Shown: positions 42,030-55,336 of the stretch, piece by piece
Layout of the letters: every line of letters begins with the position of its first letter
Position numbering within the stretch: position 1 is the first letter of the stretch
Assembly (NCBI GenBank): GCA_951406725.2
Contig: OX597820.1
Coordinates: 98,704,001-98,768,000, forward strand
DNA from: Octopus vulgaris
Taxonomy: Eukaryota
Length of the DNA: 64,000 nt
Direction: 5' to 3'
The notes under the pieces: generated by a model
What the model was told of the DNA's origin: nothing
The model's input: only the letters and a program-made list of their open reading frames with translations
The model's database searches: none
Translations under genes and position numbers: made by a program

Positions 42030-42382
42030 ACTCTTTACTCTCTTTTACTTTTTTACTTGTTTCAGTCATTAGACTGTGGCCATGCTGGAGCACCGCCTTT
42101 AGTCGAGCAAATCGACACCAGGACTTATTCTATCGGTCTCTTTTGCTGAACCGCTAAGTGACGGGGACGTAAACACACCAGCATCGGTTGTCAAGCGATA
42201 TTGGGGGGGACAAACACCGATACGCAAACATATACACACACACATACACATATATATATATACATATATACGACGGGCTTCTTTCAGTTTTCGTCTACCA
42301 AATCCACTCACAAGGTTTTGGTCGGCCCGAGGCTATAGTTGAAGACACTTGCCCATGTAGTTCGTAAGCAAGCTACTTACCA
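42030..42382 (-). mobile_element. SINE family A
   Basis: Homology with small deletions. Confidence 0.85.
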
Positions 42383-42402
42383 TATATATATATATATACA
42401 TA

Positions 42403-43222
42403 CTAGCAGTATTGCCCGCCTCGTGCGCTCGTGCGCTCTATGCACGCGCGAATTAAGCTAAACTTGGATGAAGTTCAATCAAATTTCAATTATTTTGGTT
42501 TTAAAATCAAGCATTTAATGCCCTCTATTTTTGCGCTTATGTGTTCCATTTTCTCAATACGTAGAAGCGTTTCATAAATTTTTGTTGATCAAATAATTGC
42601 ATTGTTGAATTATTCTTTTAGATCAGTATTTCTCAACGGGGATTTCAGGGGAGAGTTTCAGGGAGTCGCTGGCGATGTTTCGTGATGATAAAAAATCCGG
42701 CCTGCTAAACTTTGGTTAAAGTGATTCAAACTGCAAACTCAACGCAAAATGGTCACATTTAATTCAAAGCGTTAAAAATGTTATGAAAACAATTGGTATG
42801 TGTTCACAAAGTTCAAACGATTAATACTAAAAAACCCTCCAAGCTACATCCCGAAAATTCATTTCTTTGCCGAATTTCTACAATGTTTACGGCGATTCGT
42901 TTTTATATCTTGATTTTTTATTTTTCATGCAATTTACGCATGCTTGCCCGCGTGGTGAACACGTCAAACAGCTGACTGAGTAAATTTCTCTATTCAATGC
43001 ATGGGATAAGGCCTAAACAAACACATTATCGATTTTTGCACTTACTAGTTGAATTTCGGAAGAGAAATAGCGCAGTTCAATTTTCATTCGCCTAAACTTT
43101 AAGTGACCCATTTTTGGTGGTTCTACGATTTGTTGGCTAGAAGGAGATGTGCCGGGAAGTTAAACAAGCAGACACACACAGATACACACTCAGACACACA
43201 AGTTGAGTTTTATATATATCGA
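42403..43222 (-). mobile_element. Non-autonomous Helitron-like element
   Basis: Termini ctagcagtattgccc and ttttatatatatcga match those of 39538-39931. Confidence 0.65.
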
Positions 43223-45002
43223 TGTATACATTTTCAGGGAAGGAGTGTGTATGTTATTTGGAAATTTAACATGGTTTGAAATATTTCAATATTGTAAGAA
43301 TTATGTACGCGTGGTTAAGTCAGTGAAGGCTAGAAAACAAAATTTCGTAGGCTGTGGATGGGGAAAAGAAGGCCACACTTTATAAGTTTCTGAAAGGCAT
43401 AAACATTTACATGTATATAAACATTTTCATATAGTTTTTCATTATATGTTAGGTTCGGGTTATGGAAAAAAACCGTTAGCTTGATGAGTAATTCTGGTAA
43501 AGAAAGACATGGGAGACAACTACGATATTTAAGTTAATTTAAAGTGGAGTGCGGGCGTACAGCGGGGATGGGGGATGAGTTTGGTGTTTCGTTTTCTGCA
43601 TTATTGGTGCGTGCGTATTAATTACAAGCGCGCGCACGCACACACTCATACATGCACATACAGAAACATACACATACAAGCATAAATGCGTACTGGTAAT
43701 TCTTTTTCTGTATTTATAGCGTGCGTGTGTGTGTTAGGTACACGCATAAATATACAAACACATACATGCATACACTCTCACAACGCACACAAACATGCTA
43801 ACGGGATATACACTCTCACAATACACACAAACATGCTTACGGAAACACACTCATATACATAGACATACACACAGATAGATACATCTTTGTGCCTTCCTCG
43901 CAGTTTACTGAATAGCACGGTGTGTTCATTAAGTCATTAAGAAACCAAACTTTGAAAGACTGAAATTCATTTACATCATGAGAACACTTGTCTTTTTAAA
44001 CCACTTTTCTGAAACCGTTGACCCGGAAGAGTTGGTTTTGATGTTCAGATCATATGTAAAGAGAGGCCTCCCGCTGTCCTGCAGTAATAGAAAAGAGCTT
44101 TTCATATGATTACATTACAATGAATTTCATTACATCTCATTACATTACTTTACTGACTTTAGCTCACTTGATTTATCGGTCTTGCACGTGGATGACCTCG
44201 CTCCTTTATCCCTAATCCCTTCGGGCCCTCATTCACATTAGCAAAATATCTGAAGATGCTTTCCACATAAAATAACCTACGCATAAACATTCTTGTTTAT
44301 ATTGATCTTATAGTGAGGTTATTTCCTGTGGATTAATTAGAAATTAGATCAAAAACAAAAGTTTGGCTTTCTTGTATGTATGTATGTATGTATGTATGTA
44401 TGTATGTATGTATGTATGTATGACACCGGGACAACGACAAGGCGATTGGCTTTTGCTCAACCAACTAGCAGAAAATGTGGCAAAGAGACTGGTGGTGGGT
44501 AGGGTAGAAGAAATAGCAAGAAAACTAGGAAACGAGTGAAAGATGAGAAAATATCGTCATCGTTGTCATCGTCATCAAAAACATCATCATCATCATCAAC
44601 ATCATCATCAATATCATCATCATCACTAACAACAATGGTATGAATCTTCATGACGATGTGCCAGTAGAGAAAGGAGGGTAGAAAGGGAAAGAAAATATAA
44701 AACAAGGAGGAGATAGCATCATCATCATTACCACCATCATCATCATCGTCGTCGTCATCGTCATCATCATCACCACCATCATCATCATCATCGTCATCGT
44801 CATCATCATCGACAACACCAATAAGAGTTATGACAATATGACAGAGAAAGGAAGCAGAAAGAGAAAGAAAATAGAAAACAAGGGGCAATATAAAAGATAA
44901 TATTGTGATTATCATCATCATCGTCATCGTCGTTGTTATCACTATCATCATCGTCATCATCGTTGTCATCACCATCATCATCGTTGTCATCACCATCATC
45001 AT

Positions 45003-45482
45003 CATAATTTTTCACAATACGCACGCTACTCGAAAAAGGTCGACAGAAATTTCTAAAAAATTCCATTATTACCATATCGGACCGATTTCAGGGTTAGTTC
45101 GTAAGAACCCTCCCTTCGTCAGTGATAAATGTGGCAAAGAAATAAATGAGATACTTACTCATACCCATGGAAGAAGCAAAACACTAAGTCATGAGCACAA
45201 CTAAGTACCCCAAATACATCCAAAATAGAAATACTCCAGCCCATTAAAGACACGTGCGATTTGAATAATGGAATTTTTTAGAAATTTCTGTCGACCTTTT
45301 TTCGAGTAGCATGCGTATTGTGAAAAATTATATGACTATGGACAATATGTCCAATTTCGGCATATTTGGCATTAGAATTTTTTTCGTTTGTCCTTATTTA
45401 TAAGTTGTTTATATATATATATATATATATATAAACAACTTATAAATAAGGACAAACGAAAAAAATTCTAATGCCAAATATG
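45003..45482. mobile_element. Nested inverted PLE-like pseudo-LTR fragments (family H5)
   Basis: 45003-45070 inverted with 45263-45331; 45361-45410 inverted with 45433-45482 around (TA)n. Confidence 0.65.
45075..45127 (-). ncRNA. Minimal hammerhead, canonical core
   Basis: tatca-CTGACGA-aggg...ccct-GAAA-tcg-GTC-cgata (first stem I pair mismatched). Confidence 0.65.
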
Positions 45483-46039
45483 ATATTTAAAAAAATCGCG
45501 CTTCGTGTTTAATCCTGTAACTTTCAGGTATATGGGACAATTTTCCTTTTTCTTTTTTTTTAATTCTTTTTTTCAACCCAATATGTTACATGCTATCATT
45601 TATAGCTTTACGCACTTTGAAATTCATTATTCCCAAAAAAAAAGAACTGTATATATATATATATATTTTGGGAATAATGAATTTCAAAGTGCGTAAAGCT
45701 ATAAATGATAGCATGTAACATATTGGGTTGAAAAAGGCTACGAGCAGCCTTCGACTTTGTTTAACTTTAGCAATATATAGTCAATTAGTGGCAGGTAAAT
45801 GTGACGACGAGAATCTGGTCGTGGAATAAAATAAACTGGTTAGTCTGTTCCGGAGGACTTTCTGGTGAGGGACTACCATGAATTATTTCCAAATGTCTAT
45901 GGCCTGGTATTGCTACCGAGGGGCGCAACCAGTTCGAAAGAAACTCTACAGAAAGTAGAGATTCACTCTGCTGTTAGACGGGTACATAATCCAACATATA
46001 TTCAATGTCTCTAAACAAGTAAACACGTCTAAAGGGATA

Positions 46040-46276
46040 AAGGTTATCTTCTCGAGTCATAACAGCCGGTTTCTGGATTTGTATGGTGTGTAAGTTCCCC
46101 ACCTGGACGGGACGCCGGTCCGTCGCAGGATTACTCATTTTTTTTTTTTTTTTTTGCCAGCAACGTGAAATGTAGTGTTTTGCTCAAGAATGCAATGCGT
46201 TAGCCGGTCCAGGAATCGAAACCACAATCTTACGATCGAGAGTTCAACACTCTAACCACTAAGCCACGCTCCTCCA
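46040..46276 (-). mobile_element. SINE with alternative tRNA head and tail type 1
   Basis: Head ggaggagcgtggcttagtggttagag; tail cctgcgacggaccggcgtcccgtccaggtgggg. Confidence 0.7.
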
Positions 46277-46673
46277 TGTCTAATGGGGTAAATTATTTGC
46301 AGTATTAAATAACTGTACAGACTTCAACCGAAAAATCAGTATTCATCAAAGCCTTTATGGTCTTGCATGCTGTGATCTGTGGGGAAGATAGAGTCTGAGG
46401 CTTTACTTGTCAACATGAGTTCAGGCAAACATAAAATACACTCAGTAGAATTTTGAAGCAAAGGGAGAGAAGGCAAAGAAGTCTCTAAAAATCGTTCCAA
46501 AACATATAAAGTACATACGACTCTGAAATTAAGACAAGAACGGCCTTTACATATACTATACGTGTTGTTAAATGCCTCCAGTTTCATGACAGTGTAGACT
46601 CTGCTGTTATTTATAGATTCCGTAAAATCTGGTTCACAGAGAATGTAATTTCGTGCTGAGGATCATGTTATTA

Positions 46674-47087
46674 CCTATTTCTTTACTACCCACAAGGGGC
46701 TAAACACAGAGGAGACAAACAAGGACAGACAAACGGATTAAGTCGATTACATCGACCCAGTGCATAACTGGTACTTAATTTATCGACCTCGAAAGGATGA
46801 AAGACAAAGTCGACCTCGGCGGAATTTGAACTCAGAACGTAGCGGCAGTCGAAATACCTATTTCTTTATTACCCACAAGGGGCTAAACATAGAGGGGACA
46901 AACAAGGACAGACATAGGTATTAAGTCGATTACATCGACCCCAGTGCGTAACTGGTACTTAATTTATCGACCCCGAAAGGATGAAAGGCAAAGTCGACCT
47001 CGGCGGAATTTGAACTCACAACGTAACGCAGACGAAATACCGCTAAGCATTTCACCCGGCGTGCTAACGATTCTGCCAGCTCGCCGC
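46674..47087 (-). mobile_element. SINE family B dimer
   Basis: Head plus two tandem bodies. Confidence 0.85.
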
Positions 47088-47418
47088 CTTCAATCTCCTG
47101 CAAATATGTTATTACCATTGACCGAATCTTCCACAGCAACAACTTTTTATTAAGGCCAATAGGTATCTTCATTTGTCAACATAGTTCAAGGGTAACACAA
47201 TTACCATGAGATGGTTGCGTAATAACTCACTATTCTCTTCTTATTACCATCGCACTAAATCAATAGAAACCACGTTATATTTTACCCCCTTTTTTTACAT
47301 ATATTTTATGTCTATATTTTATTTTGCAACTTATATTACGAACAACTTGTTGACTTCTGTCTAATACAAATTGTATGCATACTAAAAGCTGATACTCAAG
47401 ATTTTATCAATTCATATA

Positions 47419-47705
47419 CGAGGTGATATCAAAAAGTTCCGGGACTAGTTCTGTTGCGCGCCAACAAATGGCAGTACACGGCTGCGTGCAGAGTGAGGGT
47501 TAGCAGTGACCTTCATGAGGCAATGTGCTAAGTAACATTGCTGTGTTTACTTCGCAAGTTGTGAGATTTGTGCTTTTGTGATCACGTATATGCTGTAGTC
47601 TGCGATTTTGTCATAGACAGGAACAAAGATGATGTTAAAACTTAGGTAAATAAGTTATTTTTGTATCGAACGTAACAAGTCCGGGAACTTTTTGATATCA
47701 TCTCG
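47419..47705. mobile_element. Mariner-type MITE
   Basis: TIR cgaggtgatatcaaaaagttcc(g/c)ggact, TA on both sides. Confidence 0.85.
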
Positions 47706-48178
47706 TACTCACACCAATAATGAAATACAAGCATTCTTAGACTTAACCTCAAAGCGCCTCTACACTCACAACCACTACAAACCATATACATATACGCATA
47801 CAAACCACTTCGTCTTGATTGACACCGTACACACTCCATAGCGATTTATCCATCCACATTATAATATTATTGTGACCATTTAACGGCCACCTTACATATC
47901 TATGATCATGATCGCAATATATAATCAATAACCAGTTGGAGGACAGCTGAGCCCACCCGTAGTAAAAAGCCGCCGCACTGGTACGTATGATAGCACATTT
48001 GTATAATCTTATGCGTATACTCTTCACTAAGATGTACTTCTAAATGTAGACGTTTTAACAGACTAATGTAACACAAGTACTATACGCGAGTATATGTATA
48101 TATATAGGGTAGTTCTCCAGCATGGCCGACTCAAGTAAAAGACAAAAGGATATTACATTGTATATCGACGTAAAAATA

Positions 48179-48385
48179 CTTTTTACTCTCTTTTACTCTT
48201 TTACTTGTTTCAGTCATTTGGAGCACCGCCTTGAGTCGAGCAAATCGACCCCAGGACTTATTCTTTGTAAGCCTGAGATTTATTCTATCGGCCTCTTTTG
48301 CCGAACCCCTAAGTTACGGGGACGTAAACACACCAGCATGTTGCAGGGACAAACACAGACACACAAACATATACACACACACATT

Positions 48386-48451
<66 letters not shown>

Positions 48452-48620
48452 TATACGACGGGCTTCTTTCAGTTTCCGTCTACCAAATCCACTCACAAGG
48501 CTTTGGTCGGCCCGAGGCTATAGTAGAAGACACTTTCTCAAGGTGCCACGCAGTGGAACTGAACCCGGAACCATGTGATTCGTAAGCAAACTACTTACCA
48601 CACAGCCACTCCTACGCCTA
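48179..48620 (-). mobile_element. SINE family A
   Basis: Homology. Confidence 0.85.
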
Positions 48621-48639
48621 TATATATATATACGAAAAA

Positions 48640-48846
48640 GGCGGCGAGCTGGCAGAATCGTTAGCACACCGGGCGAAATGCTTGTTACGTTCTGAGTTCA
48701 AATTCCGCTGAGGTCGACTTTACCTTTCATCCTTTCGTGGTCGATAAATAAAGTACCAGCTACGCACTGGTGTCGATGCAGTCAACTTAATCCCTTTGTC
48801 TGTCCTTGTTTGTCCCCTCTATGTTTAGCCCCTTGTAGGCAATAAA
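48640..48846 (+). mobile_element. SINE family B monomer
   Basis: ggcggcgagctggcagaatcgttagc head. Confidence 0.85.
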
Positions 48847-49336
48847 AATATATATATATATACGAATTTATAAATTTATATCAATATATACAACCTTACG
48901 CATAAATTTTGTTAAAATGATAGCGCAGTGTTTTTTAGTGATTGCTTCAATTTGTTGACTTAATTATTTGCCTTTGGCGCATTTTCAACGCACTAAATAT
49001 CGTTTCACATCTCATTTGTACTCAGCCTAATAATAGTGGCTGAACTGCCAGTATTATTCAAGCTACACTTAAATAATTGAGAATTATATTTGCATGAAAC
49101 CTTTGGTATGGTACTAGCAGTACTCAACTATTTAAAGAATTTATTCAACCACTATCGTGGTGTTGATTACTCACTTTCTAGTTCTTTACTCTCTATATAT
49201 CTATCTGTCTGTCTGTCTGCCTCTCTCTTTTCCTCACACGCACACACACACAACACAAACACGTATATATCTTTATATACTTGTATATATTGTGTATGCA
49301 TGTATATACATATGTATTGTGTATGTGTGCACATGT

Positions 49337-49369
<33 letters not shown>

Positions 49370-49374
<5 letters not shown>

Positions 49375-49548
49375 ATCACGTGACTGACCAGACCATCAGA
49401 TGTTGCTACACATCGCTGGTCACAATGCGTTCGCATTGTTTTAGCCTTCGAACGACGCCACCCCGCTGGCTAAGCGAGCAGGCCAACAGAAGAAAGTGGG
49501 AGAAAGAGTGGTGAAAGAGTACAGCAGGGATCACCACCCCCTGCCGGA
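49370..49548 (-). mobile_element. SINE family C, tail type 3 (partial; also 13323-13432)
   Basis: Shares gtggtgaaagagtacagcagggatcaccacc with family C but has a different 3' part. Confidence 0.7.
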
Positions 49549-49837
49549 ATATATATATTGTCGAGGTTTATGCAGCTGATGAGGATAAATCAAGTATACG
49601 TTTGGCAAGCGTATTTTGAAAAATCCGAAACCGGTTTGCATTATCCGTTATCTAGGTTTTTCATTTTTCAGATGTTTTTCCTAGAGGTAAGACAATTTTT
49701 TTCATGTTTGTTGCACACACGCATCTTTACTAGTACATACGCAGTGAAGCTATACATTAGCGTCGTATTTATTACGTTCGCTATTTTCCAATAGATATCG
49801 GTGCTTCGTTGTACCATTTATTTACTTTTATATATAT

Positions 49838-49872
<35 letters not shown>

Positions 49873-49890
49873 CGGAATGGAGTAGATAAC

Positions 49891-49989
49891 ATCCGGGCTA
49901 CATATGTTTCATAGCGAGCGAGCGGAACCTCAGAAGTGGTAAGTATCCAAGCGAGAGGTATACTGCAGGCTACTCTTCAGGCTGCGGAT
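49891..49989 (-). ncRNA. Minimal hammerhead, canonical core, long stem II insert (family H6)
   Basis: atccgcagc-CTGAAGA-gtagc...gctat-GAAAC(atat)GTA-gcccggat; palindromic acatatgt; element 49873-50030 between (TA)n tracts. Confidence 0.7.
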
Positions 49990-50091
49990 ATCTTGAATAA
50001 ATGAAATGTTACATTGTCGCAACGAGGTACATATATACATATATATATATATATTGTGTGTGTGTGTGTGTGTATGTGTGTGTGTGTGTGC

Positions 50092-50137
<46 letters not shown>

Positions 50138-50344
50138 GCGAGAGTGCTGAAAAATTCCTGGCTTTAAAGGTGTCGTGAAAGGCCTGTCTGGGGGTTCAAC
50201 TTCCTGGTTCTGTTATAGGGCTTAGAAAAACTTAAGGACCGCTGAAATAAATGCCTGAATATGAGAGGGGAATATGTTCAATAAAATCATAATTAACAGA
50301 TACTCCTGTATTTTCCTTTACCCAAAGCCAGGAAATTTTCAGTA
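50138..50344. mobile_element. Mariner-type MITE
   Basis: Inverted ends ctgaaaaattcctggcttt / aaagccaggaaattttcag. Confidence 0.65.
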
Positions 50345-50386
50345 TGTATGTCTGTATGTATGTATGTATGCATGCATGTATGAATA

Positions 50387-50425
<39 letters not shown>

Positions 50426-50489
50426 TATACGTATATATGTATGTATATACTTATACACACATGCACGCACACACACGCGCGCGCGCGCG

Positions 50490-50528
<39 letters not shown>

Positions 50529-50718
50529 ATGTTCACTCCTAATTTCCCCGTCACAATCACATTCAGCTTCGAATAAATAAACAGAATTGTATATATAATT
50601 CCTTTTTTTCTTTTCTTTTGTACATCAGCTTCACACGCGCATACACACACATACGTATACACACATGTAGTGTATATAATCTATTTATATATGCATGTAT
50701 ATATGCACGTACATATAA

Positions 50719-50750
<32 letters not shown>

Positions 50751-51059
50751 ATAATCTTGGAAGCTACTCAATACGTACATATATGTGTGGGTGTATATAC
50801 ACACGTATATATACCGACACACATATGTATACACATACATGAATACATCTATTCCTACACACAAATACGTACACACACAACACACACACACACACACGCA
50901 CACACACACTTGCAAATCTCAATCAATCTGTTGTCAGTGAAATCTACGCCCAAATAAAACCACCCTGTTAGCTATCAACAAGTGTAAGATGTTGGACTTC
51001 CTCCTAGTAAAACTGGATTAATGATCATGTATTATATTTTAGTTTCAATTACCAAAAAC

Positions 51060-51060
51060 A

Positions 51061-51113
<53 letters not shown>

Positions 51114-51262
51114 TAACAATAATAATATTAATAATAATAATAAAAATGATAATAATAATAATAATAATGATAACAATAATAATATTAATAATAATAAAAA
51201 AAATGATAATAATAATAATAATAATGATAACAATAATAATATTAATAATAATAATAAAAATG

Positions 51263-51322
<60 letters not shown>

Positions 51323-51415
51323 GTAATAATAATAATAAAGATAATAATAATAATAATAATACTTATAATAATAATGATAATAATGATAACAATAATAATA
51401 ATGATGATGATGATG

Positions 51416-51496
<81 letters not shown>

Positions 51497-51588
51497 GTAA
51501 TAATAATAATAAAGATAATAATAATAATAATAATAATACGGATAATAATAATGATAATAATAATGATAATAATAATAATAATAAAATG

Positions 51589-51619
<31 letters not shown>

Positions 51620-51624
51620 TGATG

Positions 51625-51673
<49 letters not shown>

Positions 51674-51695
51674 TAATAATGATAATAATAACAAC

Positions 51696-51739
<44 letters not shown>

Positions 51740-51744
51740 TTTTA

Positions 51745-51793
<49 letters not shown>

Positions 51794-51795
51794 TT
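51060..51795. repeat. (AAT)n field with interruptions
   Basis: Visible directly. Confidence 0.95.
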
Positions 51796-52226
51796 AATTT
51801 TTCTACTAATTTGTTGTTGACGACGACGACGATGATGATGATATCTTTTATTTGCCACCAGTGTGATGGATGAGGGAGGACAATACAACGACAGATATAG
51901 AATGTGGGGATTTACATGCAATGAAATTATACATATATAATAGTAACTATACATGGTATACAATAAAATATAGAACGAAAATATACATTAATACTCATTT
52001 GTAACAAAAAGAAAAAAAACGATAAAGATGATCTGACCTTCCTAATACTGGAGGACATGTAGGGACAAACGCAGGATCTAGATTTTTTTTTTCATTCGCA
52101 AAATATGCATTTTTGAAAAGGAAGTAAAAACCTGAAAATCGGCTATAATGATATAGCATTTTAGTCTCATTGCTTTGAAGGTATGATGTTGTGGAGAAAA
52201 AAAAATTAAAGAAAAAAGGTTACAAA

Positions 52227-52630
52227 GGCGCAGGAGTGGCTGTGTGGTAAGTAGTTTGTTTACCAACCACGTGGTTCTGGGTTCAGTCCCACTGAATGGC
52301 ACCTTAGGCAAGTGTCTTCTACTATAGCCTCGGGCCGACCAAAGCCTTGTGAGTGGATTTGGTAGACGGAAACTGAAAAGAAGCCCGTCGTATATATGTA
52401 TATATGCATGTGTGTGTTTGTGTGCCTGTGTTTGTCCCCCTAGCATTGCTTGACAGCCGATGCTGGTGTGTTTATGTCCCCGTTACCAAGCGGTTCGGCA
52501 AAAGAGACTGATAGAATAAGTACTGGGCTTACAAAAGAATAAGTCCCGGGGTCGAGTTGCTCGATTAAAGGCGGTGCTCCAGCATGGCCGCAGTCAAATG
52601 ACTGAAACAAGTAAAAGAGTAAAAGAGTAA
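52227..52630 (+). mobile_element. SINE family A, full length
   Basis: ggcgcaggagtggctgtgtggtaag ... gtaaaagagtaaaagag. Confidence 0.9.
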
Positions 52631-53698
52631 ATCGAAAAGCTTGGGTATTTTTAGCCAATAGCGAGACAAATTTTCTGCGTTTAGCGGAGCGGTGTCAACT
52701 TTAAGGTCGTACCCTGTGATATTTATAGTTTAGCGTCTGACCTGTTCATTTCACGTTTCTAAATAAACCGAAATACATAATAAAATCAACATGTATCATC
52801 TGACTGTTTCTTTTGTCCCTTCATCTATTGTATGTTCTTTATTATTTTTTAAAATTTGTTATATTAATATATTTGTCTGCATGTGTTTACTTTATCGATC
52901 TTGTTTAGCGAACCGTTACGTCATTTTATCTATTTTGTTTAACGAAACGCGAATTCATTTTATCGAACTTGTTTGCTGAACCGCTAAGTCATTTTATCGA
53001 CCTTCACTATTATATATACCCGCCATGTATGTATGTATATCATTCATATATAAGTGCATGTGTGTGTGTGTGTGTGTGTGTGCGTGTGTAAAAAGGTGGG
53101 ATTCTGTCTCCAAAATTCCAAAGTTGAGTAACGTTTTCATGCTTGGATTTGTTAACTACTATAAGAATAACACTGGTCAACAAAGAATTTGTCCCAAAGA
53201 AGAGAATACCTGTATCTTATATGTTTTTGCATGCAGAATTCAAAAATAATGTCAAATTATCTGTATTAACCACAATTTCTCTGTTTCACGATATCCCTCT
53301 CAGTTCCTGTTACATGGGCTAAATTTCAGTTAAGCTGTTGAAATGTGAAGCTAACAATTTAAGAAATACTCCTAATTAAATGTTTTATGAAGAGAATTAA
53401 CCTAGTGAAATCATAAATCCAGCTATCTGAGTCAATGAGCCCCCAAAATATATGAAATGAAAAATATGTAAAAATGTTAACACGCAGAGTACAGAGAAAT
53501 ACTAACGCAGAGAAACACAGAAAAATATGTAATGTACTAACACACAGAAAAGATAAAACAAAACACATGGGTGCAGTCAACATAGACAAAGCGGCACAGA
53601 CAACAGTGAACCACAACACTATTTACAGTTGTCATAGTAACAAGCTGCAAATGCAACGCTCGCCGTTGATTGGCTAAAATTACCCAAATTTCCCATCT

Positions 53699-55336
53699 TC
53701 GACAAACGAGATCGATAAAATAACGTAGCGGTTCGACAAACGAGATCGATAAAATGACTTAGCGGTTCGACAAACTAGATCGATAAAATGAACCAGCAGT
53801 TCGCCAAACGAGATCGATAAAATGACGTAGCGGTTCGCCAAACGAGATCGATAAAATGAGTCAGCTTTTCGTCAAACGAGGTCGACAAAATGACGTAGCG
53901 GTTCGCCAAACGAGTTCGATAAAATGACTTAGCGGTTCAACAAACGAGATCGATAAAATGACTTAGCAGTTCGCCAAACAAGATCGATAAAATGACATAG
54001 CAAATCGCGAAAAAGGTTCGAGAAAATGACGTAGTGGTTCGCCAAACGTGTTCGATAAAATGGTATACCGCTTCGCCAAACGAGATCGATAAAATGACCT
54101 AGCGGTTCGCCAAACGAGATCGATAAAATAACTTAACGGTTCGCCAAACAGGTTCGATAAAATGATGTAGCGGTTCGACAAACGAGATCGATAAAATGAT
54201 CTAGCGGTTCGACAAACGAGATCGATAAAATGACTTAGCGATTCGACAATCGAGATCGATAAATTGACTTAGCGGTTCGCCAAACGAGAACGATAAATTG
54301 ACCTAGTGGTTCGACAAACGAGATCGAAATATGACCTAGTGATTCGATAAAGGAGTTCGATAAAATGCCCTAGCGCTTCGCCAAATATGTTCGATAAAAT
54401 GACGTTGCGGTTGGCCAAACAAGTTCGATAAATGACCTAGCGTTTCGCTAAACAAATTCGATAAAATGACTTAGTGTTTCGCCAAACCAGATCGATAAAA
54501 TGACTTAACGGTTCGCCAAACGAGATCGATAAAATGACCTAGCGGTTCGATAAACGAGATCGATAAAATGAATTAGCGGTTCGCCAAACGAGATCGATAA
54601 AATGACTTAGCATTTCACTGAAGGAGTTCGATAAAAGGAATTAGCGTTTCGACATACGAGATCGATAAAATGACTTATCGATTCGGTAAACGAGATCGAT
54701 AGAATAACGTAGCGGTTCGCTAAAGGGATTCGATAAAATGTCTTAGCGTTTCGCCAAATATGTTCGATAAAATGACGTAGTGGTTCGCCAAACGAGGTCG
54801 ATAAAATGAATTCGCGTTTCGCTAAACAAGATCGATAAATAGTAAAATGATATATATAGATAAAAGATATGCTATAGACCTAGTGTTTCGCTAAACCAAA
54901 TCGATAAAATGAATTTGCGGTTCGCCAAACGAGATCGATGAAATGACGTAGTGGTTCGCCAAACGAGATCGATTGAATGACATAGCGGTTCGACAAACCT
55001 GTTCGATAAAATGACCTAGCGATTCGCTAAACAAGATCGATAAAATGAACTAGCAGTTCCCTAAAGGAGTTCGATAAAATGATCTAGCGTTTCGCCAAAC
55101 ATGATCGATAAAATGAATTAGCGGTTCAGCAAACAAGATCGATAAAATGAATTCGCGTGTCGTTAAACAAAATAGATAAAATGACGTAACGGTTCGCTAA
55201 ACAAGATCGATAAAATGACTTAGCGGTTCGCCAAACGAGATCGATAAAATGACGTAGCGGTTCGCCAAACAAGATCGATAAAATGACGCAGCGGTTCGCC
55301 AACAAGGTCGATGAAATGACTTAGCGGTTTGACAAA
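53699..55336 (+). repeat. 34-bp minisatellite, roughly 47 units
   Basis: Consensus aaacgagatcgataaaatgacttagcggttcgcc; three inverted units also at 52891-53002. Confidence 0.95.

Noticed and set aside
53699-55336. CRISPR array
   Set aside because: Units are contiguous with no unique spacers (one insert only), no cas genes, eukaryotic context, and the unit derives from a SINE
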